Origin: an uncultured Sandaracinaceae bacterium
GTDB lineage: Bacteria > Myxococcota_A > Polyangia > Polyangiales > JAFGIB01
NCBI GenBank assembly: GCA_964450715.1
Contig: CAYVFC010000003.1
Coordinates: 5,407-69,406, forward strand
Reading direction: 5' to 3'
DNA: 64,000 bases
The notes under the pieces: model-generated
The model's database searches: none
Told to the model about the DNA's origin: nothing
Seen by the model: only the letters and a program-made list of their open reading frames with translations
In this document: one piece after another, positions 15,459 through 25,023 of the stretch
Position numbering within the stretch: position 1 is the stretch's first letter
How the letters are laid out: each line of letters starts with the position of its first letter
Made by a program: the position numbers and the translations under genes

Positions 15459-18400
15459 TCACGCTGAAGGCTCCGGCGAGGCCGGCTCGGACGAGGGGGG
15501 CGGAACCGGGGGCAGGATGGTGCAATCCTGCAGCGGCGCGGGCGCAAGCGCGGCCGGGTCGTCGCGCCAGGCGGCGAGCCATTGTTGCCAACCGAGCTGT
15601 TGGCGATCGAACACGACGCGGCGCCGGTCGAGCAGGGGCGGGCGTGCGGCCGGGGCCGGGCCGCGGACGCGCGGCCGCATGGTCGAGGGGCGGATGAGGC
15701 TGTCGAGCTTGTAGACGATCTCGGTACGGTAGTCGGGCTCGGGCCAGACCAGCAGGTGCTTGCCGGTGACGTCGTAGGTGGCGCCCGGGCCGATGGCTTC
15801 GCGTATCTGCTCGCGCACCAGGTTCACGCCCGCCAAGCGGTATAGTCCCGCCAGCGCGTTCTCGAAGAGCACGGCGGCAAGGCCGGTTTCCTCGGCGGGC
15901 TCCGCTTGCGCAGCCGGATCGGCTTTTGCGTCACCCGAGGTTCCCCGGCTCCCTACCAGCGCGCTCACGAAGCCGGGCTCGGGCATGCTGGCCAGCAGCA
16001 GCCCGCCCTGCTCCTCGAGAGCTATTTCGCAGGCCGGCGCCGGGTCCAGCGCCGGGCAGGCCAGGCGCAGGTGGATGCGGTGCGAGCCGCAGTTGACCGT
16101 TTCGACCAGAACCGGTCCGTGGGGCCAGCCGGGCGACCGCACGAGCAGCGCCAGGATCTCGCGCTGTACCAGGCGGCGCACCGCGGTCTCGACCTGCCCG
16201 AGCTGCTCGCGGAACTCGGCCCGGTAGCCGCCCGGCGCCTGGCCCCCGGGCGCGCTGCCGCGCGCGCCGCCGTCCGAACGGGTGCGCTGCAGCTCGTGCT
16301 CGCGCTGCGCGTTGCGCCTGAGCCGCTCGTAGATCTTGGGCAGCGTGCCCGAGTGCAGCCCCGGCAGCAGCAGCATGGCCACCGTCTCGCCGTGCGGCCC
16401 GAAGGGCAGGGGCTCGAGCAGCCGCGGCATGGCGGCCCGGTAGAGCTTGCGGTTCTCTTTCAGCTCCCAGGCCAGGAAACCGAATACGCTGGGTAAAATG
16501 AACACGGTGACGCTGACGAAGGCGCCGAGCGCGACGGTCAGCAGCGGCGGGAAGAGGGTCTCGAAGTACGCCACCACGGCGGCGGGAACCGGCAAGAGGA
16601 TGGGTAAGGTGAGCTTGTGGGCGACCGTGGCCACCGGGAAGTGCTTGAGCGGGTTGAGCTCCGGCTCCACGAAGAGGGTGACGTACATGCGCACCAGGTA
16701 GGCCAGCGAGCCCCAGATCAGCGCGGCGGCCGCGCTTACCGCCAGTGTGGCGCGGTTCTGACCGGGCCGGAAGCGCAGCATCTCGTCCACCCGGTACATG
16801 GCTCGCTCGATGCGGTCCATCAGCCTGCTGAACAGGTCCGCGATCAAACCGATGAGCCCGGGCAGCACCTGGTGGCTGAAGACGTGCCAGCGCGGCGCTA
16901 CCCAATCGAAGAGCAGCTCCTCTATCCGCTCGCCCATGCGCGGCCCCGACACCAGAGCCACCAGCAGGAAGACCTCGCAGGCCATCAGCTCGGCCCAGGG
17001 CATGTCCAGGGAGTGCGCGAACCAGGTGTTTCTCGTCAGAAGATAGGCGAGCGCGCCCGCGGCTGCCGGCGCTAAGACGCGGCGAAGCGCTGCGCGAACC
17101 GGCCGTATGCGGAAGGCGCGCGCCACGGCGCGGCGCTGTAGCAGCCAGCGCGGCAGGTGGATGAACAGCGCGAGCAGCAACCAGCCGATCCAGCCCAGCA
17201 GCTTGAGCGTTGCCCCCCGGAAAAGCGGCAGGTGGGCCAGGGCCAGGGTCAGCAGCGCCGTGGCCAGAAACGATACGGGCGTGAGCAGCGCGACCGGGCG
17301 GTGGCCCAGCGCGCTCCAGAGCGGGTTGATTGCGATGTAGCCGAGCCCCTCCAGCAGCAGATAAGAGCCACCAAAGGGCAGCAGGAAGAACCAGAAGAGG
17401 AAGCGGCCCGTCCGGATGCCGAAGGCGAGCGAGGTCAGCCGCTGCAGCCCCCGCAGATAGATCTCGCCGCCGCGGTAGACGCCGTCCAGCGATCGGGCCA
17501 GCAGCCGATCGAGCTGCAGCAGCTCGTCGCCCTCGATGAGCTGCCGGCCGCCGGACAGGTCCCCGAGCCGGAGCCGGTTGCGCGACAGCGCGTCGCGCAG
17601 ACGGCTGAAGCTGGTGAAGCCGCGTTCCACGATCTCGTCCAGCAGCTCCTCCACCAGCCTGTCCCGCGCCACCTGCTCGACCATCGCGCCCGGCCGCAGT
17701 CCCACTGTATCGAGCGCCTCTACGATGGCCGACCGTAGGGCCAGCCGGACGTTGTCGTCCGCGCGCTGTACGGCTCGTTCGAGCGTGCGGCAGAGAAGGC
17801 TGCGGTCGGACCGCTCCAAGCGGGCGCAGGCGGATTTACGGGCGGCAGCGCGCAGGTGGCCGGCCACGCGGACCTCGCGGGTGGCCGGAAGCGGGCGCAC
17901 TAGCGGCTTTTTGCCGCGCGAGAAGATCCAGCGCGCCGGGTCCAGGGCGGAGCGCGGCCGCTCGAAGGCCTCTGCCGCGCGCTGCAGGTCGAACAGCAGG
18001 CGGGCCTCCAGCGAGTAGCGCCGGCCACGGTGCGGTGCCGCTACCTCCAGCAGGGGAATCAGAAGCTGCCTCCACTGCTCTGGCGTGCGCAGCGGGTAGG
18101 GGGACTGCTCGAAGGCGTCCAGGGCCGCTTCCAGCCTGGCGCCGAGACCGCCCAGGTCTGCCTCGACCTGCTGTCCGATTCTCTCGTCGGCGATGGTCCG
18201 CGAGGCGCACGCATAGAGAAAGGCAGCGCGCACCTGGTTTCCCTTGGATCTGGCCGCGTCGCCCGCGCGTATCATGCGCCTGGCTTGCCGCGCGCTCGGC
18301 GGCGGGCGCGGGCAGGGTGCGGCCGGTTGCGGGGACGCCTCCGAATCGGAGGTGCGTACCGAAACGCCGGAGCCGGGTGGCGAAAGCTCGCTCTTCAGGA

Positions 18401-19037
18401 TGGTGCCGAGCAGCGGCGAGAGGCGCTGCTTCAACGCGTCTACGTCCAGGTCCAGCCCGATGACCTCGTCGACCTGCTCGGGCGACTCCAGGCTGGGAAA
18501 GGTGGGGGCGAGAAGCCCGGGCGCGAAGTGCCTGAGCTCCAGGTAGAGCGCCACAAACTCGATATAGTGCTGCCGTTCGTCGTGCGGCGGCAACAGCAGC
18601 CCGTCGTGCCGCAGGATGGCGCTGGCCTCGTCGAACTCGTTGCGGCCGATGCGTTCGATGCGCTCCCGGATGCGGGCCGCGGTCAGCGTGCCCTGGCGTG
18701 CCAGCCGCTCGAGCTGCAGGTGAACGCGCGCGTGAAAGAAGTGCCGCAGCAGCCGCTCCCGCATCAGCTCGGGATTGCGCCGCGCGGCGCCCGAGGGCGG
18801 CGGGCGCTCGAGCAGCACCACCTCCTCGGGCAGCGACTCCGGGTCGGCGTCTATCTCGTCGGCGGCGACGATCCGCAACAGGGCCTCGCGGCCGATGCCG
18901 TAGCAGTGAGAATGCGGCACCTGCAGGCTCAGTCCCAGCATCCCGCGATCGGTCAGGATGACCCGCCGCATCAGGCGGGGATCCACGATCAGCGCTCCCG
19001 CCTCCCGCAGCTCGGCCTCGATTCCGCTCGGCTCCAT
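15459..19037 (-). CDS. Large (1192 aa) conserved-hypothetical integral membrane protein
   Basis: ORF track. It has a soluble Arg/Leu-rich N-terminal half, a central block of hydrophobic segments (FLFWFFLLPFGGSYLLLEGLGYIAI, LLGWIGWLLLALFIHL and others) and a soluble C-terminal region. I recognise no family. Confidence 0.7.
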   Translation of the reverse strand: MEPSGIEAELREAGALIVDPRLMRRVILTDRGMLGLSLQVPHSHCYGIGREALLRIVAADEIDADPESLPEEVVLLERPPPSGAARRNPELMRERLLRHFFHARVHLQLERLARQGTLTAARIRERIERIGRNEFDEASAILRHDGLLLPPHDERQHYIEFVALYLELRHFAPGLLAPTFPSLESPEQVDEVIGLDLDVDALKQRLSPLLGTILKSELSPPGSGVSVRTSDSEASPQPAAPCPRPPPSARQARRMIRAGDAARSKGNQVRAAFLYACASRTIADERIGQQVEADLGGLGARLEAALDAFEQSPYPLRTPEQWRQLLIPLLEVAAPHRGRRYSLEARLLFDLQRAAEAFERPRSALDPARWIFSRGKKPLVRPLPATREVRVAGHLRAAARKSACARLERSDRSLLCRTLERAVQRADDNVRLALRSAIVEALDTVGLRPGAMVEQVARDRLVEELLDEIVERGFTSFSRLRDALSRNRLRLGDLSGGRQLIEGDELLQLDRLLARSLDGVYRGGEIYLRGLQRLTSLAFGIRTGRFLFWFFLLPFGGSYLLLEGLGYIAINPLWSALGHRPVALLTPVSFLATALLTLALAHLPLFRGATLKLLGWIGWLLLALFIHLPRWLLQRRAVARAFRIRPVRAALRRVLAPAAAGALAYLLTRNTWFAHSLDMPWAELMACEVFLLVALVSGPRMGERIEELLFDWVAPRWHVFSHQVLPGLIGLIADLFSRLMDRIERAMYRVDEMLRFRPGQNRATLAVSAAAALIWGSLAYLVRMYVTLFVEPELNPLKHFPVATVAHKLTLPILLPVPAAVVAYFETLFPPLLTVALGAFVSVTVFILPSVFGFLAWELKENRKLYRAAMPRLLEPLPFGPHGETVAMLLLPGLHSGTLPKIYERLRRNAQREHELQRTRSDGGARGSAPGGQAPGGYRAEFREQLGQVETAVRRLVQREILALLVRSPGWPHGPVLVETVNCGSHRIHLRLACPALDPAPACEIALEEQGGLLLASMPEPGFVSALVGSRGTSGDAKADPAAQAEPAEETGLAAVLFENALAGLYRLAGVNLVREQIREAIGPGATYDVTGKHLLVWPEPDYRTEIVYKLDSLIRPSTMRPRVRGPAPAARPPLLDRRRVVFDRQQLGWQQWLAAWRDDPAALAPAPLQDCTILPPVPPPSSEPASPEPSA

Positions 19038-19084
19038 CCCTCCCCTTGTCTGGCCCTTTGGTTGGCGGATGTCGAGTCAATTCG

Positions 19085-19690
19085 TTACCAGCTGAAGCGC
19101 GTCGCCAAAGCCGGCTCGTCCGGGCGACTCGGGTCCGTCTCATACACGCGGGCACTCTTTCGGAAGAGGCTTGCCAGAGTGGACATGTAGGCCGCGTACG
19201 CGTGGCGGAAGGGATGATATTGCACCAGCGGGTTGCCGTAGTCTTCCAGTTGAAACGCCGCCGGTCCGAGCCGCACCACCAGGCACGCGCCGCCCTGGTA
19301 CATGCGTTCCCACATCTTGTCGTTCTTGGCCATCACCGCGGCGAAGGCCTCGACTGCTCTTCCGCTCTTGATCGCCGGGGAGAGGTACATCTCCGCTACG
19401 CGCACCGCCATGCGTCTGCCCGCGTCCTCGATGGTCGAGTTCGGAATGTTCAGTTGCGAGGCCGTCCTGTAATGTAGCTCCGCCGCCTCGATCGGAACCC
19501 AGCTGGTAACGATGGTAGACACGAGCCAGTCGCGGTCTTTCTCGGACAGGGCCTCCAGGTACCTGTCGTACACGCCCCAGCTCTTGAGGTTGTTTATAGC
19601 GTTTACCAGCAACAGGCCGCGCATATGGGTCACCCGCGGGCCATCGGGATGGACGTAGTCGAGGAGCACCTCTCCGTCAGGAGCGGGCAA
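19085..19690 (-). CDS. Hypothetical protein, possibly DUF2378 / TIGR02265-like (Myxococcus paralogous family)
   Basis: ORF track, 201 aa. The TTG start has a perfect AAGGAG 8 nt upstream. It lies 48 nt upstream of the 1192-aa gene. The family call is a weak recollection only. Confidence 0.6.
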   Translation of the reverse strand: MPAPDGEVLLDYVHPDGPRVTHMRGLLLVNAINNLKSWGVYDRYLEALSEKDRDWLVSTIVTSWVPIEAAELHYRTASQLNIPNSTIEDAGRRMAVRVAEMYLSPAIKSGRAVEAFAAVMAKNDKMWERMYQGGACLVVRLGPAAFQLEDYGNPLVQYHPFRHAYAAYMSTLASLFRKSARVYETDPSRPDEPALATRFSW

Positions 19691-19871
19691 GGTCTTCTCC
19701 TTTTCGCCGGTGAAGCGATCTGACCGGAAACCGGTTTGTTAACGGCATAGACCGCCCCTGGATAAAGGCCACGAAGTACTCTGCCATTGTCGTACGGTCT
19801 ACGAAAAATTTCCACCCCGGCCGGGAGGACGCGGAACCATGGGGACGCTGAAAAGGAGACAAGCCCCCCTA

Positions 19872-20669
19872 TCATTCCCAGACCCTCTCCCCCGGGGCCG
19901 GCGGATCGATCGCGCCGCCGGCAAAGCACTGCGCGATCGACATCCACTTGTCAGCGATTTCGCCCGTGACCCGCAGTCCGGTGTCGGCCCGGTTGCGGCA
20001 CTGGGTCACTACCAGGCAGAAGTCCTCGGCCGTGCCTTCGACCCGGTCGCTCTGGTTGGACTGGTTCCATTGCCAGGTAGCGCCCGAGGGCGCGGTCAGC
20101 TTCACATGAGGCGCCTCGGCCGGGGGCTCGAGCCCCCGGTTGATGAAGGTCCAGCCAAAGGTCTTGACCCCGATCACCGCCACATTCTTGATGCGATCGG
20201 TGTTCTCCCGCTTCACGCGGAGTAGATCGTAGATAGCCTGGCCGTGCGCCCAGGTCTCCATCTGCCGCGCGGTGGTGAACATCTTGACGCCCATGTCCGG
20301 GCCGAACCATTTAAGCCGCAGCTGCGGGTCGGCCTCGCCCAGCCGGTCGCACATTTCGATATAGCCCCGGTGCCAAGTCTCGAGCAGCTCTGCCGGACCC
20401 TGTTTTCCCAGTTTTTGTCTGGCAAGGGCGGACAGCTCCACGCCCCCTAGCATGGCGGTGACCAGCTCGTCGGCGGCCTGCTTGAAATCGGTCTCCGAGG
20501 TCAGCGACTGAAGCGCCATCCGGTCGAAGTAGTGCAGGTGGGCGATGATGTCCCAGAGGGTCCAGTCGTTGAACAGGGTAGGCCGCTCCCAGGCACTCGC
20601 CTCCAGGGGTTTCAAGAAATCGTACAGCGCGTCGCCTTCCTCGCGCATGTCCAGAGCTTGTTGCAGCAT
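19872..20669 (-). CDS. DinB/MDMPI-fold protein (TIGR03084-like)
   Basis: ORF track, 265 aa. WTLWDIIAHLHYFD is an N-terminal four-helix-bundle His motif. This is the last gene of the carboxylase operon. Confidence 0.6.
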   Translation of the reverse strand: MLQQALDMREEGDALYDFLKPLEASAWERPTLFNDWTLWDIIAHLHYFDRMALQSLTSETDFKQAADELVTAMLGGVELSALARQKLGKQGPAELLETWHRGYIEMCDRLGEADPQLRLKWFGPDMGVKMFTTARQMETWAHGQAIYDLLRVKRENTDRIKNVAVIGVKTFGWTFINRGLEPPAEAPHVKLTAPSGATWQWNQSNQSDRVEGTAEDFCLVVTQCRNRADTGLRVTGEIADKWMSIAQCFAGGAIDPPAPGERVWE

Positions 20670-20699
20670 CTCTTCGCCTTTCGGTTAGGGCGTAGCGGC

Positions 20700-21863
20700 T
20701 CAGTACTGCTCCAAAATATGCCGGGCGATGGTCAGGATCTGGATCTCGGTGGTGCCGCCGCCGATCTCCACCAGCTTGGCGTCGCGCGCCAGGCGTTCCA
20801 CCACGTACTCTTCCATATATCCGTAGCCGCCCAGGATGTGAATGGCCTCCAGCGCCACGAAGGTGCCGACCTCGGCCGCGTAGAGCTTACCGGCGCAGAC
20901 GTCCAGGGCATCCATCTCGCTTTCTTGGTAGACGATACGGCGCGCGTTGCTGAGCGCCACGTACATGCGGGCCAGCCGCTGCTGGATCATCTGGTAGCTC
21001 GCGATGCTCTGGCCGCCCTGCACGCGGTTCTTGGCGTATTCGACCGCGATCTCGAAGCAGCGCTCGGCAATGCCGTAGCCCATCACCGCCAGGCCCATGC
21101 GCTCGGTCACCAGCGACTTGCGCACGTGGTCCCGGTCGGCGATGCCGCCGCCCAGCAGGTTCTCGCGCGAGACGCGCACCTCGTCGAGGTATACGGCTCC
21201 GGTGGGCGAGCTCTTCATCCCCATCTTCTTGAAAGGCTGGGAGACGGTCAGGCCCTCGGCGCCCTTCTCCACGATGAAGGCCTGTACCGCGTCCCGTTCG
21301 TCCTTGGCGTATACCAGAAACAGATCGGCATAGGGCGCGTTGGTGATGAAGGTCTTCTCGCCGCTCAGCAGGTAGTCGTCTCCATCCGGGCGCGCCCGGG
21401 TGCGCATGGCGCGCAGCGCGTCCGATCCCGCTCCCGGCTCGGTCAGGCACCAGCAGCCGATCTTTTCCGCCCGCATGACGGGCGGAAAGTAGCGCCCCAC
21501 CTGTTCGGGCGTGCCCTTGTTGCGCAGGTTCATGCCGAACAGCCCCACGCTGGCGCCGAAGGAGAGGGCATAGCCCGGGTTGACGCGGCTCATCTCGATC
21601 ATCAGCTGGTTTTGGGCGAAGCGAAAGAGCGATTTCATCTGCGAATCTGCCTCGCCTTTCGCGTTTCCGGCTTCTCCGGCAGGCCTTTCCCGCCCCATCT
21701 GCTCGGCGCCGGCAGCCAGGCCCAGCTGTTCGACCATCTTCTTCATCAGCCCGAAGGGGAGCTCCTGTCCGGACTCGAAGGCCGGGGTTCTCGGCTCCAG
21801 CTCCTGCTGCATGAAGCGCCGGAACTGGTCGCGGATGGCTTTCTGGGTTTCGTTCAGTTGCAT
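20700..21863 (-). CDS. Acyl-CoA dehydrogenase
   Basis: ORF track, 387 aa. Motifs are CLTEPGAGSD, a YVVERLARDAKLVEIGGGTTEIQ-type C-terminus and a catalytic-base region YGYMEEY. Confidence 0.9.
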   Translation of the reverse strand: MQLNETQKAIRDQFRRFMQQELEPRTPAFESGQELPFGLMKKMVEQLGLAAGAEQMGRERPAGEAGNAKGEADSQMKSLFRFAQNQLMIEMSRVNPGYALSFGASVGLFGMNLRNKGTPEQVGRYFPPVMRAEKIGCWCLTEPGAGSDALRAMRTRARPDGDDYLLSGEKTFITNAPYADLFLVYAKDERDAVQAFIVEKGAEGLTVSQPFKKMGMKSSPTGAVYLDEVRVSRENLLGGGIADRDHVRKSLVTERMGLAVMGYGIAERCFEIAVEYAKNRVQGGQSIASYQMIQQRLARMYVALSNARRIVYQESEMDALDVCAGKLYAAEVGTFVALEAIHILGGYGYMEEYVVERLARDAKLVEIGGGTTEIQILTIARHILEQY

Positions 21864-21865
21864 GG

Positions 21866-22741
21866 CTACCGTCTCATTCCCAGCATCTGCCGCGCCTCGG
21901 CCGGGGTGGCGGGCTCGCGCCCGGCCTGGCGCGCGATCTCGACCAGCGCCTCGACGAGCTGACCGTTGTCTGTGGCCTGGCTGCCGTCCGGCAGGTAGAA
22001 GGTATCCTCCAGACCGGTGCGCAGGTTGCCGCCCTGCTCGGCCGCTGCCCGGTGCAGCTCCCAGATCTTCTCGCGGCCGCTGCCGGTGGCGATCACCTGC
22101 CAGTGGGCCCCCTCCGGCAGCTCCTCCTTCAAAATGGGAAGCAGGTCGGCGCGCGCGGGCATACCAGATTCAACCCCCATGACAAAGGAGAGGTGCGCGT
22201 CTCCGTCGAACATGCCGTTCTGCTGGTACATGCGCACGCTGCGTACGATACCGGTATCAAAGCACTCGAACTCGGGAACCACGCCGTTCTCCCGCATGAT
22301 GTCGAGGAAACGCTCGATCTTTTCCACCGGGTTGTCGAAGAGAAGCGGCGGCCAGGCCCATTGGCCGTTCTTGCGGATCTTGAGGTAGTTCAACGAGCCG
22401 GCGTTGCAGGCCGCCATTTCGGGCTTGAAGGCGTAAAGACAGGCCGCCGGCCCGGAGATGTCCTCTCCCACCACCCCGGTGCTCATGCAGATGATGATTT
22501 CGGGCACTCGCTCGCGGATGGCCGCCAGGATGTCGCCCACCTCGCCCAGATCCCAGGTAGGAAAGGCGCCCGCCCCGGGCTGCTGCGAGCGGAAGTGGGT
22601 GTGCATGACGCTGGCCCCCTGGTCGTAGGCTCGCCGGGTGGCCTCGGCCATCTGTTCCGGGGTGACCGGGACGTTGAAGCGGGCGGGATCGGTGAGCACG
22701 CCGGTGAGCGCGCAGGTGACCACGACTTTGTCGCTAGACAT
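21866..22741 (-). CDS. BKACE family enzyme (3-keto-5-aminohexanoate cleavage enzyme-like, DUF849)
   Basis: ORF track, 291 aa. Motifs are VVVTCALTGV...PVTPEQ and VMHTHFR (the H-x-H metal site). Its stop is 2 nt from the ACAD start. Confidence 0.8.
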   Translation of the reverse strand: MSSDKVVVTCALTGVLTDPARFNVPVTPEQMAEATRRAYDQGASVMHTHFRSQQPGAGAFPTWDLGEVGDILAAIRERVPEIIICMSTGVVGEDISGPAACLYAFKPEMAACNAGSLNYLKIRKNGQWAWPPLLFDNPVEKIERFLDIMRENGVVPEFECFDTGIVRSVRMYQQNGMFDGDAHLSFVMGVESGMPARADLLPILKEELPEGAHWQVIATGSGREKIWELHRAAAEQGGNLRTGLEDTFYLPDGSQATDNGQLVEALVEIARQAGREPATPAEARQMLGMRR

Positions 22742-22753
22742 GTTCTACCTCCC

Positions 22754-23530
22754 TCACTTCCCCTTGAAATCCGCTGGCCGCTTCTCGATGAAGGCCGTTA
22801 TCCCCTCGGCCGCGTCCTCGGTGGAGGCCACCTCCTTCAACTTGCCGGCCAGGAAATCGAGCGCTCGGTCGAAAGGCATGTCCTCCATGTCGTAAAAGGC
22901 TTCTTTCCCGATCTTCATACCGATGGGGCTCTTGGCTGCCAGTGACTCGATGACGCGGTTGACCTCCCGGTCCAGATCCTCGGGCGGCACCAGGCGCGTC
23001 ACCATGCCCATCTCGAGCGCTTGCTCGGCGCTCAGCTTCTCGCCCAGCAGCACCATCTCCATGGCCCGCTTGCGGCCCAGGTTGCGGAAGATGAGCGCGC
23101 CGATCATCATGGGAAACAGGCCCACGTTGACCTCCGGGGTGCCGAAGCGGGCCCGGTCGCTGGCGATGACGATGTCGCAGGCCAGCGCGAATCCCGTTCC
23201 CCCGGCCACGCAGGAGCCGTTGACCCGGGCCACGGTGGGCTTGGGAAAGCGAGACAGGCGCTTGAGCAGGTCCGCGTACCTCTGGAAGGGATCGGCGTCG
23301 CCCCCTGCCTCGGCCGCTCCGGAGCCCAGGTCGGCTCCCGAGCAAAAGGCGCGCTCCCCGGACCCGGTCACCAGCACCACCCGCACCTGCGGGTTTCTCT
23401 CGGCCCGGTCGAGATACTCGTGAAAGAGCCTTATCGTCTCGCCGGTAATGGCGTTTCTCTGCGGTTCGCGGTTGATGGTGATGCGGGCGACCCGCCCCTC
23501 TTCCTCGTACAGTAGATCCCTGTCGTTCAT
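22754..23530 (-). CDS. Enoyl-CoA hydratase/isomerase (crotonase) family
   Basis: ORF track, 258 aa. Motifs are AFCSGADLG and VNGSCVAGGTGFALACD. Confidence 0.9.
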   Translation of the reverse strand: MNDRDLLYEEEGRVARITINREPQRNAITGETIRLFHEYLDRAERNPQVRVVLVTGSGERAFCSGADLGSGAAEAGGDADPFQRYADLLKRLSRFPKPTVARVNGSCVAGGTGFALACDIVIASDRARFGTPEVNVGLFPMMIGALIFRNLGRKRAMEMVLLGEKLSAEQALEMGMVTRLVPPEDLDREVNRVIESLAAKSPIGMKIGKEAFYDMEDMPFDRALDFLAGKLKEVASTEDAAEGITAFIEKRPADFKGK

Positions 23531-23552
23531 GCTCTCTGTTCCCTTACCCCTT

Positions 23553-23642
23553 CCCGTTCCCGGCTCGAAACGCTCTTCCCGCCTCCGCGCGGGTGCCCCG
23601 CGCTCCGTTAGGTCCGGCAGGGTATTCCGAGCCGGGAACGGG
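23553..23642 (-). other. Intercistronic long-range stem (15-bp perfect inverted repeat, about 60-nt loop)
   Basis: CCCGTTCCCGGCTCG (23553-23567) is the exact reverse complement of CGAGCCGGGAACGGG (23628-23642). It lies between the accC stop and the crotonase start. Confidence 0.5.
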
Positions 23643-23643
23643 C

Positions 23644-25023
23644 TCAGTCGTCATTGTCGTCGTCATCGTCGTCATTGTCATCGTCCGGCACGAATCTCCT
23701 TATGAATCCCGTATCGAAGTCACCGGCGCCAAAGGTCGCGTCGTCCATTATTCGAAGATAGAGCGGCACGGTGGTTTTGACGGGCGAGATTTCCAGCTCC
23801 TGAAGCGCCCGCTTCATCACCGCGATGGCCGCCGGGCGGGCAGGGGCGTGGGCGACGAGCTTGGCCAGCAGCGAGTCGTAGTAGACCGGAAGCTCATAGC
23901 CCTGGTAGAGGTGGGTATCGATCCGCACCCCCGGGCCGCTCGGGGCATGGTAGCGCTCGACCCTTCCCGGACAGGGCAGGAAGTTCCTTTCCGGGTCCTC
24001 CGCGTTGATCCGGCACTCGATGGCCGAGCCGCGAAAGGCGACTTCAGCGGAGGCGTACCCGAGCTGTTCGCCGGCCGCCAGCCGAATTTGCTCCTTTACC
24101 AGGTCTATACCGGTTACCAGCTCGGTCACCGGGTGCTCCACCTGGATGCGGGAGTTGATCTCGATGAAGTAGAAGCGCTTGTCCCGGTCCAGCAGGAACT
24201 CGACCGTGCCCGCGTTTCGGTAGCCCACCGCCCGCATGGCTTGTACCGCGGCGTCGCTCATCTGCTGCCGTAATTCCTCCGATAGCGCAGGCGATGGCGA
24301 CTCCTCGATCAACTTCTGGAAGCGCCGCTGGATGGTGCACTCGCGCTCTCCGAGATGGGCAATGTTGCCGAACGCGTCCGCCACTACCTGGAACTCCACG
24401 TGCCGCGGGCTAGATAGGTACTTCTCCAGGTAGATTTCGTCGTTACCAAAAGCGGCGCGCGCCTCGGCCCGGGCGATCGCGAATTCTCCTCGCAGCGCTT
24501 CGGTGTCGCCGCACACCCGTATCCCTCGCCCGCCGCCGCCGGCCGAGGCCTTGATCATCACCGGATAGCCGGCCCGGTCGGCGAAGACCTCGGCCTCGGT
24601 AACATCGGCCACCGCCCCCCGGCTGCTCGGCACTACCGGCACGCCGGCCTTATGCATGGCCTGCTTGGCAGCCAGCTTGTCGCCGGTGAGCCTGAGGCAC
24701 TCGGGCGAGGGCCCGATGAAAACCATGCCCTGCTTCTCGCACCTCTCGGCGAAATCCCCGTTTTCGGCCAGGTAGCCATACCCGGGATGGATGGCGTCCG
24801 CGCCGCACTGTTGCGCGGCGGCGAGGATCCTCTCCTGGTCCAGGTAGCTCTTACCTCCCGGCGGCGGCCCGATGCAGATCTTCTCGTCGGCCCACCTGAG
24901 GTGCAGCGACTCGCCGTCCGCCTCCGAGTAAACGGCCACGCAGGCGATACCCAGCTCCCGGCAGGCGCGGATCACCCTGAGCGCGATCTCACCCCGGTTG
25001 GCCACGAGGATTTTTCCGAACAT
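23644..25023 (-). CDS. accC: Biotin carboxylase subunit of acyl-CoA carboxylase
   Basis: ORF track, 459 aa. Motifs are MFGKILVANRGEIALRVIRACRELG, KASAGGGGRGIRV and EINSRIQVEHPVTE. It carries an unusual acidic tail, DDDNDDDDDDNDD. Confidence 0.95.
   Translation of the reverse strand: MFGKILVANRGEIALRVIRACRELGIACVAVYSEADGESLHLRWADEKICIGPPPGGKSYLDQERILAAAQQCGADAIHPGYGYLAENGDFAERCEKQGMVFIGPSPECLRLTGDKLAAKQAMHKAGVPVVPSSRGAVADVTEAEVFADRAGYPVMIKASAGGGGRGIRVCGDTEALRGEFAIARAEARAAFGNDEIYLEKYLSSPRHVEFQVVADAFGNIAHLGERECTIQRRFQKLIEESPSPALSEELRQQMSDAAVQAMRAVGYRNAGTVEFLLDRDKRFYFIEINSRIQVEHPVTELVTGIDLVKEQIRLAAGEQLGYASAEVAFRGSAIECRINAEDPERNFLPCPGRVERYHAPSGPGVRIDTHLYQGYELPVYYDSLLAKLVAHAPARPAAIAVMKRALQELEISPVKTTVPLYLRIMDDATFGAGDFDTGFIRRFVPDDDNDDDDDDNDD

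Noticed and set aside
17836-19190. 439-aa minus-strand and 386-aa plus-strand ORFs overlapping the 1192-aa gene
   Set aside because: They are alternative frames or antisense to the long ORF, with Arg/Ala/Pro-dominated translations.
20532-21962. 476-aa plus-strand ORF
   Set aside because: It is antisense to the acyl-CoA dehydrogenase and DinB-like genes, which have clear family motifs.
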